A program made the translations under genes and the position numbers. Positions 41,274-55,921 of a stretch of DNA of 64,000 bases are shown piece after piece. This DNA is from Octopus vulgaris. Taxonomy: Eukaryota. Where the stretch lies: the NCBI GenBank assembly GCA_951406725.2, contig OX597815.1:212412001-212476000 (forward strand). The letters run 5' to 3'. Position 1 is the first letter of the stretch. The number at the start of each line of letters is the position of its first letter. The notes under the pieces were generated by a model. That model saw only the letters and a program-made list of their open reading frames with translations. It had not been told where the DNA came from and did no database searches.

Positions 41274-42094
41274 TAGTATTCTACAGCAGGATGCTCTTCC
41301 TGGTTCCAACATTTACTTGTTTTGAAATAAATAAGCTGCTATATTTCATTGAACCACCTAATTCAGGACACAAACAAATGTCACTGCAACACAAGAAGTG
41401 CAAATCTGAATACATGTGGAGACAACACACAGTCAAGACAGGCTTCCATTTAGTTTCCATCCCTCAATTTCAATTCACAACACATTGGTTGACCCAAAGC
41501 TATAGTACAACATACTTGCAAAGTGCTATGCAATGTGATCAAACTTTAAAATATATGGTTGTGAAGCAAACTTGTTAACAACAGAATCATGCTAGCACCT
41601 AAAAGCCATACTGGCTGTGTGGTTATGAACCTCACTTTGCAACCACATGGTTTCAGGTTCAATCCCAATGTGTGGCGCCTTGGGCAAATGTTTTGTACTC
41701 TAATTCCCAAGCCACTGAATGGTTTTGTGATTGAATTCAGCAGGTGGGAATTGTATGTGTGTGTGTGTGTGTGTGTTTATCCTTCTCACCACCACTTGAC
41801 AACCAGTGTTGGTTTGTTTATATCCCCATAATTTAGCAGTTCAGCAAAACTGATTGATGTAAGGGGAAAAAAATTTTGTACTGGGGTAAATTTGTTTGGA
41901 TAAAGCTCTTCAAGATAATGCCCCAGCATGGCCACAGTCCAATGACTGAAACAAGTAAAAGATGAAAAAGGTAAGACTGCCTACAACCAAACTCATAGTT
42001 ATTAGAAACAACACTGATTCAATGAAGCCTTTCATGACATTCATTTTTCTTTTTATCTCATTTTGAATTTTGTTGCCATTTTTATAGTTGCTGC

Positions 42095-42632
42095 TGGCAG
42101 TGGTGGTGGTGGTGGTAGTAGTGGTGTTGGCAGTGGCAGTGAGTGGCACTAGCAGTGGTGGTGGTAACAGCAGTGGTAATGATAGTAGTAGTGGTGGTAG
42201 TTGTGGCAGAAACAGTAGTGACAACAGTGAATGGCTGTGGTGGTGGCATCTACAGTGATGACGGGCTTGATGAAAATGATAATCCTGACTATGATGATGA
42301 TGATGATGATGATGATTTTGAGAACTGTAACAACAATTTATAACAACACCAATGGCATCAATGACAAAAGATGACAATGGCAATGACAGTGGTGATGACA
42401 ATAACAATGAAGATGTTAAACAAATGAGGAAGATAATGACAGTAATGGTAGTAACAGTAGCAGTGGTAATGATTGTTATATATCGGAGATAATGATGATG
42501 GTGATGATAGGTGTGATAATGGTGGGGGGTAGTAATGATGAAGTAGTAATAGGGATGATGTTAGTGGTGTCAATAAGGGTGATCAATATTATGGTGTTGC
42601 AGTTGCTACTATTACCAACAATGGTGATGATG

Positions 42633-42664
<32 letters not shown>

Positions 42665-42665
42665 G
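42095..42665. repeat. Degenerate (GGT/GAT/AGT)n trinucleotide tract
   Basis: Visible directly in the sequence. Confidence 0.85.
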
Positions 42666-42785
42666 AGGATCTTTTGGTCAGCACTAATATCATGAAATGA
42701 GAACAAGGTCTGTTTATAAACACTTCTCATCTTGTTTTCACAAACAATTTTTTTTTTTATACAGAAAACTCAAAAGTAAAAGCAA

Positions 42786-42822
<37 letters not shown>

Positions 42823-43796
42823 TGAACTGAACTATTTCTAGCGTACAATAATACCAAAGATAATTATATTGTTAGAAATTATTAGAGTGCTCATCTAGAG
42901 ATTCATCAATTACAAATGTTGAATGCCTACAGGTAGAAAACATATGAAAGCAAACTGAAAATTAAGCCCAACTTCTGTCTTGTGTGGCTTCACTTCCACA
43001 TATCTTTGATAAAATTATCATTAGAAAAATTAGAAAACCAAAATGATAAGAATTTCCTGAGACAATTTTATTTAAGAATATAAAAATATGTGTGTGTTTT
43101 TGTTTTTCTGTTTGTTTATTTATAATTAATTACTGAGATTTCTCTAGAATATGGAGCTGAGAGTTACAGAGATCACGAAAGAGAATAGATTTGAAGATTT
43201 GATTTTAATAAGGTTGGTTGGAGAAGAAGGTTTATGGAGTTAATAGTGGGGGATGATGCATGTAATATTATATACTAACCAAATACTGGTACTGTTTTGT
43301 CTGAGCAGGAAGCTGTTTAAAGCAAAAATAATTTATCAAATTTATTTATATGATACTATGAGGTATACATATGCATAGAGAAATATTATAAGTTTATAAT
43401 AATTAAGTAAATAATTAAATTCTTGAGTGGTTTAGTTACACAATTTATGAATGAAGGTGTGAATAAAACATCTGAGGATTTTTTGTCTTTTGACAATTCT
43501 GAAGCATTCTGTGAGAAAATGTAAAATATTTATTCATATGAAGTCCTGGGAAGGTTTTTTAGGAGGTGGGGGAGTTGCATTTCTTTCTCTTTTGCTACAC
43601 GATACAAGTGAAGAATATGAGTGCAGTCCAATGACTGAAGCAAGTAGAGGATAAAGAAAAAATAAAGATGCTTGCGATCAACATTTTCTTGATTAGAAAA
43701 CAAAACTGGTTCAATAAATTCTGAAGCTGAGAATCACTTCTGACATAAAATAGGAGATCACTAACGTCTGCACTATCAAAAGACGCCCATGCTTAC

Positions 43797-43874
43797 ATCA
43801 AAGGAATTGACCAAGTCTGATGTCTTGACTCTGACTGAGTCCTTATCAAGTAGGTGAGTCTTCATAGCATGCAT
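43797..43874 (-). CDS. Candidate alternative first coding exon MHAMKTHLLDKDSVRVKTSDLVNSFD (phase 0)
   Basis: ATG-initiated 26 codons ending at donor |GTAAGC in non-repetitive sequence. Confidence 0.25.
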
Positions 43875-44858
43875 ATTAACTTTTATGATATTGAGCAGAG
43901 CAACAAAAGCTGAGTTGCAGGCTTTTTATAGTTTTATTTCTTTATTCATTTATTGTTTCTGTTTTTTTTTTATATTCATAGCTTCTTCTTCTTCTGTTCT
44001 CCAATTTTACCTTGATTTAAAATTTTATTATCAAATTCCAACAATTTGTTATACTCTATATCAGAAGTGTGTCTCAGTTTCAACATTTATTTATATTATT
44101 TGTTTTAGAAATTTATTTAAGTGCACCAAATGAGTGGAATGAACTCCTTTTAATCCTGTTTACTCTTTACAAATAATTCTCTTAATATTATGATAAGATT
44201 ATATACACACATTTTGGAGTTGTACTTGTCTAGCGAGTGGCTTGCTCCAAGATCATGTATCGAAACACAAGCAACTGCATCATGGGAAAGCCATTCTGAC
44301 CATCTAAATTCATTACAGAGTTGCTAAATTCACTTTATCCATTAACACTTAAACCAGCTGTAGTCAGCCAAAATATTCTACCGCTTTTCCATTCAAACCA
44401 GCTGAATCCAACTTCTCACACCTACCCAACAATGTCATTCTATAACTAGATCTGATCCTTGAAATCTTGAAGCTACAAGATATTGTATGATTAATTTAAA
44501 ACAATGTGAATAAATAAGCATTACATTTGACGAAGTAATCTAAATGATAAGGGTTTAAGTATATTTCATGAGACATTGACATTTTTCATAACACACAGCA
44601 ATCTGGTCATTGCACAATTATCACTTAATAACTGACATCACACACAATTTTGAGACATTATAGACTAAAATTTAAAGTGAATTTAAAAACTTTGTGACCA
44701 ATCAAATGGCTAAAATGATTCCATGATGGATTCTTATTTTACATACATGTTTTTCCAGAATGTACATAAGCATAATGAAAGAAGGTACCACTACATTCCT
44801 ACAATTGGAAGTGGTTCCTATCAGGTTCCAAAAGGTCACAAGTGGAGTGATCCAAATG

Positions 44859-45081
44859 TACAATGGGGTGCTGGAAAGTTCCTAGCTTTAAGAGTATTGC
44901 AAAAGGTTTGGTTGAAAGTCCAACCTTCCGAGTTCTTTGACAGGGCTTAGAAAAATTGAAGGACCACTGCAATAAGTATGTGAATCTGAGAAGGGAATAT
45001 GTTGGATAAAATCATAATTAACTGATCCACCTGTAATTTTTTTTTTACCCAAAGCCAGGAACTTTTCAACACCCCCTCATA
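44859..45081 (+). mobile_element. Mariner-derived MITE
   Basis: TA-flanked TIRs. Interior encodes a mariner transposase C-terminal remnant, GLEKLKDHCNKYVNLRREYVG*. Confidence 0.75.
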
Positions 45082-48000
45082 GAAGACAGCCAAGTCAGGT
45101 GAAAATGATCTGGATTAATTTGGATAGCAATGAGATTTCTTTGAAACTGCCAATAAGGTGAGCTGATTTTTCAATTCTTAAAAAAAATATATAAATTAAC
45201 TTTATATCCTTTCAACTGTATAATCGTCCATTTTAAAAGCTAATCCATCTGTTGAGCCTATATGGAACAGTTTCGATCTCTCTCTCTCTCTCTCTCTCTC
45301 TCATACATTGTTCTAATTCAGCAACCTCTCAAAGTCACATTTCTACGTCTCTTTGTTTCTCACATCAGAGAAAGTGAATGTGCCATTATCAGTCTCTACA
45401 AGCTTATATCCACACCACCATCTTGATTCACTCTGCAATCCAAAACTCCTTCTGCCTTTGGTGCTCTCATGACAAAAGACTGGCAAACCTCTTACTTGCA
45501 ACTTTTCTCCTTGGTGACTATACTCAATATCCAGTTTTGCTTTCAGCTACCCATTATTGCAACCACCTTCCTCTATTTCTTCCATTCATTCCAGGCCTGT
45601 CTCTTAGCTTTTATAATTCTATCCAACATAACATTATTCACTGACCAATTGCTTTACATTTAGATTCAAAACTATCAAAGCAAAGTACAATTATTTTTAA
45701 TAGACGGAATAAAGTGAAACTTGCATTTCCAAATGAATAAATCATAAATATAGATAGACTGGAAAATAAAACGTGTATGCCCATTGCCTGGTGGATTATA
45801 TATCTGAGATAATTATAATCAATCATAATAAAAATTCCAAGAAACTGCCTCCTCCTGCTCCAAGAATTATATCATAAATATCTCAAATGTATGAGGTCAA
45901 AATAATATAAAATATATGCACACACAAACACACCGAATTACATATAGGAATTCACAGACAGCAACACACACACACAACGTACACACACACACACACACAC
46001 ACGCACGCGCACGTATGTATGTATGTGTGTGTGTGTGTGACAGAGAGAAAGTATATGCATATACATATGTATGTATACATAGATATGTACACAAACGCAC
46101 ACGCAGATATGTATGTATATGTGTATGCATGCACATGATCAAGCCTGATACACAAATAAGATATATATACATGCATTGATATGTTATTTACTCTCCTTGG
46201 CAGCAAGAGTCTAGTATTCCTCTTGCACAATTCACAAAACAAGTCTGGCAGGTGCTAATTTACAAGTGTTAGCTACAAAATGGCTTCCTTGGTGTGAACA
46301 GCTCACTTACTTAATGTACAACAATGATTTTTAAAGACAAATGCACATTCTCTGCTAAGAAGACATACATGTAATGAAGAATACATCTATTTTGTAGAAA
46401 GATATGATATTACTTAGAATCAAATTTATTTATTTGTATTTGTTTCAGTTAGTATCAACATCTTACAACTATCTTCAATTACTACAAAAGTCTTGAAAAT
46501 AAGACAAGAAAAAAGAAAGAAAGGAAGAAAAAATGGTATTTCATTTTAGGTTTGAACATTTGTTCAGGTATCATCTTTGATTACCTATCCACAGTGGATA
46601 TGAGGAAAAAGAATAAGGATGTGATATTCATAGTTTCCAAAGGGCTTCTTCAGGGATACTAACAATACAAAATAGCTACAACTTGGAATCAAAAACCAAG
46701 GATGTGGACTTGGTTCTTGAAAACAAAAAAAAAACCCACTCCTCTACCTAAAATCACTTAACTCCATTATTAAGTATAATAAATATTTCGCTTTTAACTG
46801 TAGAATTTGAAGGAAATGAATACTATATAAATATTGGGTTAAAAACCCTTTCTATTTTATTTTATACTTGTTTTAGTCATTAGACTACAGCCATGCTGGG
46901 GCATTGCCTTGACAAAATTTTTAGTTGAACAAATTGACCCCAATACTCATTTTTAAACCTAGTACTTATTCTATCAGTCTCTTTTGCCAAATCGCTAGGT
47001 TACAGGAGACATAAACAAACCATCACTGTTTGTGTGGTGGTGGTGGTGGTGGACAAACATACACACACACACATGATGGGCTTCCTTCAGTTTCTGTCTA
47101 CCAAATCCCGCTCATGAGACTTTGGTTGGACTGAACCCGGAACTATGTGGTTGGGAAGCAAACTTCTTACCACAAAGCCACCTGGAAATAAAAAGTCAAT
47201 GGCTGCCAGTATACTTTTACTTGCTATTATTATCAACAGTTTTATCTGTTTCACGTTCTACACTTAAAATCAAATTACTTCACGCTTTCTCCTAGTTTCT
47301 AAATTCTAATGATAATATTAGACATTACTTTGAAGTACTAAATATAATTAAAAACACATCAATATTATTGTTATTATTATTATTATCATCATTAATGACT
47401 AAAATATAAGTTCAGATTCAAATATTCAAATTTTCTCTGAAGAAAACAACATTGAAAAGATTAACAACTAGAATTCAACAGGGTTCCCAGTGTGTTCATT
47501 CATGAAGTGTTTATTAAGAAAGCACTTTTCCCTTTTCCCTATCATAAAAAAAAAATCTCATACAGAATAATTAATTAACAGGTTTTCAAGTTCATTCAAA
47601 ACAGTCAGAAAATTAACAAAACAAAAAAAAAAAAAGCTTGCTTTTAAAAACATGATGCAAAAATCATACAAGAGTGAATGTGGTACCATATTGAGAAGAG
47701 TTGAATGCATTTAGCTGCCATGAAAGAAGCATTTTGTTTCTTTGCTCATGTCAGTTATACAAATAAATGCTTTTCTAGTCTTTATTTTTTATGATTTTCT
47801 TCTTTTTTTTTTATTCTAAAAGTGCCTTCTGTTGCTTTAGATATCAAAAATGCATTGCTCATTTTTTTCCATACACATAGTAGAATACACACAGACACAG
47901 ACAATCTATCAATCAATATATATATATTTTTATACATACACATATATGTGTGTGTGTCGTGATATACAGAAATTCCCCCCCCAAACACACACACATATGT

Positions 48001-48939
48001 GCAACATATATGCATGACTGTGCACATGTACATATAGATTGCATGCTTAAAAATAAAGGCCAAACAAACAGCTGCTTCAATCAATATGCACAACAACAAT
48101 ACATTGCATTAGATTGAGTTCATCAATAGATAAACAGATTTCCTATGGACCAAGATAAACAAATGTGTGTAGATATAATAACATCTATAAAAAAATACAT
48201 TTCTCAAAATAAATCTAAAATCATACACACACATGTATAGAAATGTATAACTGCTTATGAGGTATTATTATGCATGAGAGAACAAAAGAGATAAAAAGGT
48301 AACTCATGCTACTGTAGAGAATGGATATGAAATAATGATCACGATAATATACATACCATACACACACACACACACATACACACAAATAATACACACACAC
48401 ACATATAGTGTGCTGTTCTGTTATTGATGGGAATCAACAAAAAGGTTACCCATCCAGCGAGAGATGAATATCATTTAACACACACAAGATTTAAATGTGA
48501 GCTGCTATAAGTTTCATGCCCTAATAGTACAATAGTTGTATATGTCTATCAATAAATGTGTGCGGAGGGTGTGGATGTGACACAGTGAAAGTATATATAT
48601 ACATGTCACACATGTGTGTATGTATACACACACACGTGTATGTATACACACACACACATGTATGTATACGCACACACACACACACACGTGTATGTATACA
48701 CACACACACACACACACACACACGTGTATTTATACACACACACACACACACGTGTGTGTATGTATGCACACACACAAAGTAAATAAACAGATCCTTTGTT
48801 GATTTCAATAGTAAACATTCCAGTTGCTCAATCCCCTGAATCCCCTAGACATTGTATTAACTGACACATGTACCCTTAATGTAATCACCATGTAGAACCA
48901 GCGTGACATAAAGGGGTCTTTAAATTACAGGTACAGAAT

Positions 48940-50060
48940 CAACAAGACAAAGATGGTTCTTTGAATTGCACGTGCAGTGAAGCATATGCAACTCATTTCT
49001 TTGCAGCCTTTGCATATCCTCTGCCTTTAATGCCCATCCCTCACTACCATACAACATTGCAATATCCTCGCATGCATTATACAATCTGCCTTTCAATACG
49101 AGAGAGAATTCTTTGAAGCCAGAGGTAAACAGCTTCCATTCCATTACTTCCTAACACACACACATACATACACCCGACTAGCTCTGATTACCATTATTTC
49201 AGAATACCCACCTCCACAGCTAATTAGGCCACCTAAACAATAAGAGTCATCAACTACTTCTAGGGACCCTCCTATGCATCTGAAAGAATTTGCTTCACGG
49301 GTACTTTTACTGCTAAGTATTGTTCACTTGCTACATATGGACACTTAGTTGTATGCCAACCTGCCTATATAACCCACTGGACCTGTGACCCCACAGTTTT
49401 CATTGAAATCCTTTATCTACTTCTTTTCTGCAGATGGACCACAGTCACTCCTCAGATAACTGAAAACTCCCATCTTCTTCCCACCTAACTAAAACGTTTG
49501 TCTTGGCTAGATTTACTTTGAGGCCTCTCAATTCTGTTCTGCTTCTGCATATGGATTTTATTTACAAAATCTTCAACAGATTCTGTTCCAAGAATTAGGT
49601 CATAGGTAAACAGATGTTCCTACAAACAACTTGTCTTAAACTCTATTGTTATTGCTAGAAGAAAAGACATAGATGGACAAGTTAAAATCCTTGCTGAACT
49701 CACTGCAAACTCTCACCTTACGGATAGCATCCTTGTAAATGGCTTGCATGGCTCTCAAAAGCCATTCGTCTACATCTAGTAATTTTTAGAGTTCACAAGA
49801 CTGCAGTATGTGATATTCTGTCAAGAGCATCCTCTACAGCAACAAACACCACAGTGGCTTGCAAAGAACGTCTATAACCATTCCACTAAGAAGAGGGGAA
49901 AGATTGGTACAGATCCAAATTGCATCTCATTTGAGAAAATTCTTTTCCTAATCAGTTCTGCTAGAACTCTTTCTGTAAAGAAGAGATACCTGTGAGGTCG
50001 GAGTACCTGAGAGGCAACAGTATGAGATCATCCAACACTGAGGAGCTGTAAAAAACCACA
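48940..50060 (-). mobile_element. Degenerate RTE-clade LINE fragments
   Basis: LKGRLYNAC..MLYGSEGWALKAEDMQRLQRNE is a typical RTE post-RT motif. Confidence 0.7.
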
Positions 50061-50142
50061 ATGAGAAGTGGCAGCATGTCTATGAGCCAGGGGTCAATTT
50101 GTGTTAATGAGTAACTTCCTACCAATCAATCGAGTGACCTCT

Positions 50143-50529
50143 TTCTCTTTTCTCTCTTTTACTTGTTTCAGTCATTTGACTGCGGCCATGCTGGAGCACC
50201 GCCTTTAGTCGAGCAAATCGACCCCGGGACTTATTTTTTGTAAGCCTAGGTCTCTTTTGCCAAATCGCTAAGTGACGGGGACGTAAACACACCAGCATCG
50301 GTTGTCAAGCAATGCTAGGGGGACAAACACAGACACACAAACACACATATATATATACATATATACGACAGGCTTCTTTCAGTTTCCGTCTACCAAATCC
50401 ACTCACAAGGCATCGGTCGGCCCGAGGCTATAGCAGAAGACACTTGCCCAAGATGCCACATAGTGGGACTGAACCCAGAACCATGTGGTTGGTTAGCAAG
50501 CTACTTACCACACAGCCACTCCTGCGCCT
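50143..50529 (-). mobile_element. SINE family A with a small internal deletion
   Basis: Homology to other copies. Lacks the tacttattctatc segment. Confidence 0.9.
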
Positions 50530-50883
50530 ATTTTTCTTCTTTTTTTTTTTTTCCTGGGTGTGGTCTAGCTTGTTGTCTAACTTGATCCATCAGTTAGATC
50601 CCTCTGTAGCTGCTTCTTTCTAGCACATCTCTTTTGCTTCTATTGCAGATGGGGATGAGATTATTATGTCAGTCGTTGAGTATAACACCCTCCACTAGCA
50701 TCTGGTTAACTTATACCAGTAACTAATGGCATGTGCTACATTGCTGGATATTCCCAGGGTCTCAGCAAGCATCAGTGATTATCTGGCTTCATACCCACAT
50801 GTCTATATCAACCATGTAACAGTCAATTTGAATGGTTGGGCCCTTTGCTGGATCTATTTGGAAGGTAGACACACACACACACA

Positions 50884-50921
<38 letters not shown>

Positions 50922-51556
50922 TTCTCTCTCTCGTCTTCGGCTTCAGCAACCCCAGGTAATAGCATTTGTTATCAGCATCAATAAGAGCCATATATTCCAC
51001 TATCATTACACACACACTTCTCACCAAAAACGTTCCAATTCTTACTCACACACAGTTTTGTAACAGTACACCTAATGTTTCTGATTCGCTCACAAAAGAC
51101 CATTAATGAACCCCTTACTTTCTGCTTTACTTACCGAGTATACCTGACATTTAACATCACTTCCAGCTACCTAATGTTGTTCCTTGCCACCCTTTTTTTT
51201 CTTTCATCCTTTCCAGGTTTAACTTTCAGCTTGCATAACTCAACCTGCCAGCCATTCTGAACAAAGAAGTTACTCCTATCTATAATTGAAGTAAATTGTA
51301 AGAGGGCCTCACAGAAACTGTTCATGTCATGGTTGTAGCACCAATGTAGAGATCACAGTGGCTGTCATGTTGCCTATGACTAGTCCAAGCTTCGTTATTA
51401 TCACATACTCTGACTACCTCAGTTACTGCTTTATCTAGCCGTTTCTCAATTAACAATATCTCTAATCCACCTAACCCAGCACTATTACCTAAGTTGGACA
51501 TATGTTCCACCCTAGCAAGGAGCATATCAGAGACTACACACCTTTTTTACCCTTTC

Positions 51557-51595
<39 letters not shown>

Positions 51596-52062
51596 ATGCA
51601 TGCAGCACACAACTACTCACTAGCATCTAGTATCTCTACAGTCACTCTGCTTCTCTCATACACAAACAGCATGGTGCCGCTGCTACTGCAAGACACAAAG
51701 AAAACCTAGACCACATCTAAAGAAAGGTCACTTAATTGATTGGCACAAAGTCAATCATTCACACACCCTAACCTTTGACCCACAGACATGCTGTACATTT
51801 TTCTCTATCCTTTTCTACAGATACTCAGTGTTGGAGGAGTTTGTAACACATTTTCTCGGGTGCTCCCATTTCACACATGTCCCCCCCTCCTCTTCTTCGC
51901 ATCACCCCACTACACTACACCTGAACCACTAGCACCCGACCTTCTTTTGCACAAAACACCAACCCTCAACAGTTGTAACCCTATAGATATTTTCCTTAAA
52001 TATCATTGATTTGCAAGGGCTCAAGAGGAACAAAAGCCTTGTCAATTTTACAAGCCTTTCAG

Positions 52063-52097
52063 TTAGAAGGGGCTTGTGAAGGCCAAGGTCACAGTTT
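52063..52097 (-). CDS. Candidate short terminal coding exon after the giant exon (K-TVTLAFTSPF-stop)
   Basis: Acceptor tttttttattgatttcgtctag|. The phase-1 frame ends at TAA 52065-52063. Confidence 0.2.
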
Positions 52098-53160
52098 CTA
52101 GACGAAATCAATAAAAAAAAATCATCTATAAATACACACACACAAATAAATATACACACATGTGTGCACATCCACTCAAAAATACATATATATACACTTA
52201 TCTGCATATACATTATATAAATATACATGCACACATACTAACACACATATACATACATGCACATATATACATATATTTATATACATATGTACATGTAGAT
52301 GTAAATATATACATGCACATATGTAAACATACACACGCAACACGCATAGATACATTCATCTATATATATGCACATACATACAAATACATACCTATACATG
52401 CACATACACACACTCACACACACTTGCATACACACAAATATACACATACAAACAGCTACATGTTTATCCATGCATGAACGTGTATAAATATTTATATTTA
52501 TGGGCAATTCCATGTACTCGTGCTAGTCCACAATTATGGATTAAATACCTTTACATAACACATAATCTTTATCTTCTCCTCCTCCCCCACTCTCTCTGTC
52601 TCTTTCTTTCTCTCTCACTATGCACATATATATATATATATATGCATGCACAGAATAAACACACACACACATACACACAAAGCCAGTGATACAAAATTAT
52701 AGAATACAGTAAAAACCAGGAAATTTATAACAATGCTGCAGCTTGGTCACAACTGCAATGACTGAATTAAGCAAAGAATATATACAAATGTATGCATGCA
52801 TACAATGGAGTCCATTCACAGAAACACAGAGACAAACACACAGACACACACACACAAGCATTCACTTTTCAAAATTTCAAAAGCTGTACCGAATATACCG
52901 TTCCAACCATGTACCATCATATATCATCATCATCATCATCATCGTTTAACGTTGATGATGATGATGATGATATATGATGGTATATATATATATACACATA
53001 CACACATACATACATACTTACCTATATATATATCCGTTTTTTGTATCGTCTATTTGAATGTTTTGCGTTCTTGTCCCATTTTGTATTTTTATATATATTT
53101 TTTATACATACATATATATATATATATACATACACACACACATACATACATACATGTACA

Positions 53161-53212
<52 letters not shown>

Positions 53213-53279
53213 TACATACACACACGTGTAGATAGATAGATATCATCATCGTTTAACGTCCGTTTTCCGCACTAGCACG

Positions 53280-53324
<45 letters not shown>

Positions 53325-53475
53325 CTATGTATATAGAGTTAGATAGATAGATAGAGAGAGAGAAAGAGAGAGAGAAGTATATAGACAAATAGATAGATAG
53401 ATAGATAGATAGATAAATAGATAGACAGATAAATATGTAGATAGAAATATATTATACACTCATATTGATCAAACA

Positions 53476-53510
<35 letters not shown>

Positions 53511-53566
53511 CTTGCAATGTTGATTTTTGAAATTGATGGGAATGCATAATTGAAAGTAATACTCAC

Positions 53567-55921
53567 TTAAAACCATTGGAGATTTTTCCACTGGCTCCTC
53601 ACTAGTTTCTCGCTCTTCAAGTAATGTGTCCAAAACCCCAAGAGAACCAAGATCACAGTTGTTATTGAGAAGAGACGAGATAGTGTGGCCATTACTCAGG
53701 GGTTCGCCTTTCAATATCCTATGAGTACCGTACTCCTGGAAAGGTGAATCTGAACTGACAGCTTCTTGTTGTGCTTTCGAAAATGTATTGTTAGTAGAAC
53801 CACAGTCACCAAGCACAGCTTCCGGAGGCGGAGCTGACACGGGAGGAGTAGGAGGAGTAAGAGCAGCTGAAGCTGTAGAAGGAACAGGAGGAGGTGAAGG
53901 TGAAGAAGGAGGTGGGGATGGAGTTGTTTGGCTCTTAAATAGTGGTGACAGTGGCTGAGAACTGATAGCTGCTTCTGAATTTTCTCTGGAGTTTTCCACA
54001 GAAGTCAGTGCTGCATTCGATTCAGACTCTGATATTGATTCCGTGTTAGGTGCAGCATGCTTCTCTGGAACTGCCGATTCAGTTGGTGTTTGGTGAGATA
54101 CCTGAAGAATATCTGGGTGATCACACTCACACTTAGCAGACAGGCAGACTGAGCAAGTAGGCTCAGTAACGACTGAGCTAGGCTCTGTGTTTGGTGTATC
54201 TGTAGTTGTAGAATCTGCTGGTGAATATATTTCCGAGTCTGGAGGAGTTGAAACAGAAACAGAAGACAATCCTTCGGAGAAAGTATCAATGTTGTCAGAG
54301 GTTGTAATGGAAGGTTGAGGATTTGTGTCAGGAATTTGAGATGTAGAAACAGAGGAAGCTTCAGTAGAATCACTGGGCATAGGAGGCACTGTGGTGGAAA
54401 CATCAGATGCAGAAGTGGTATCCAACTGTGTGGCAGCTGTATCAGAAGTTGTAACAGGAGGGTTTGATACATCATCAGTCTCAGGCACAGATTCTGGTAA
54501 CACAGTGGTCTCAGTTTCAACAGGTGGGACTTGTGACACTGGGATGGAAGTTACTGACTCAACTGCAGCAGAGTCAGACGCTGGAGATGTCAATGATTCA
54601 GTAGTAACCGAGTCAGGCATCGTGCTTGAAGTTACAGACTCACTAGGAGAAGATTCAGGCATTGTGGTAGAAGTGACATCCTCACTAACAGAAGAGTCAG
54701 GGTTTGTTGTTGTAGAGGTCAGAGGCCCACTGGTAGACGAATCAGGCAACGTGGTGGAAGTAACAGACTCACTAGTAGATGATTCAGGCATTGTGTTGGA
54801 GGTCACCAACTCGTTATCAGGAGAGTCACAAACGATCTCATTGCTCTCAGATTCAAAAGCAGGAGATTCAGAAATCACAGTTGAACTTTCAGTCTCATTA
54901 GTAGAGAAATTGGGCATTACAGTGGATGACTCAGCTCCAGTCCCAGAGGAGCTGAGCATTAGAGTAGGCTCAGTTGGCTCAGTGGGGGAAGAGCAAGTTT
55001 TTGAGGTGGAGACATCTGTTAATGCAGAAGTATTCAATTCCAGGCCATCCACTACATCTGCTGGTTCTGAAATTGCAGGTGTCTCGTGCACAAGAGAAGG
55101 CTCATTAGATGTTGAAATGGTTAATTCTGTATCATTTACAACAGAAGTTGTACATTCAGAACTAACATCACCAGTGTCAAAGATTTTAGAATCAGCTGTG
55201 CTTTTCGTTGGAGATATACTGCCATCACTGTTATTACAAGCTGTTGTTTCCGCAGATATAGCAGTTGCATCTGTGGTACTGGTTGTAGTCACTTCAGCGA
55301 CTGGAGTTTCCTGAGTTGAGAAATCAATAATTTCATCAGAAGCCTCGCTACTTAAGTCTTCCTCAAGAAAATCATCAACAGCACCTGCCTGGTTAGCTAC
55401 AACAGCTGACAACTCTGTATTTCCATTCTCTGTATCAGCACAATTAATACTTTCAGAATGGCTATTCGATGAAGACACCTCATCACTGCTTTTTATTTTG
55501 TCTGTTGTTGTTGTTGTTGTTGTTGTTGTAACAACTGATGTGCTTGCTTCAGTAGCACTACCAAGTTGTTCCGTAAGAGCATCTTGATCTTCTTCTTCTA
55601 CGTGCAGTGTTGATTCTTTCTCAGCTACTTCATTACCTGCAGCAGCTGTACTACCTGTATTTACATCCAAAGCTGAGACACTCTTCGTGGCTTCTGTGTT
55701 AATGGAATGGTCATTGATATTCACGTCAATAGCTGCAGCATCATCATCTTCAGTTGATAATATATTACCGCTAATTTTCTCCTCCTCAGGTGTACTTTTC
55801 AGACTGTCTGCTTTTTCCTTCTCTTCTTCATTTTCATCTAAGCTGGGAGGATTTTTAAAGGAATCACCACTCTTTTTATCAACACTTGGTTGTATGTCTT
55901 CACCTTCATTGTCTCTCTTAC
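53567..55921 (-). CDS. Giant internal coding exon (2355 nt, phase 1-1) of an unidentified gene; acidic S/T/E/P-rich low-complexity region (GKRDNEGEDIQ...EKSPMVL)
   Basis: Contains most of the 751-aa ORF. The frame stays open upstream to the acceptor tttttttctttag|GT at 55921. Donor TTAA|GTGAGT at 53567/53566. Length is divisible by 3 and GC is clearly higher than in the flanks. Confidence 0.9.

Noticed and set aside
53469-53566. C-terminal extension of the 751-aa ORF (EYYFQ...CVCVCVV)
   Set aside because: Read-through past the GTGAGT donor into an intronic (TG)n repeat.
54391-55314. 307-aa plus-strand ORF and 171-aa alternate-frame ORF (54005-54520)
   Set aside because: Antisense and frame shadows of the biased, repetitive giant exon. 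No independent signals.
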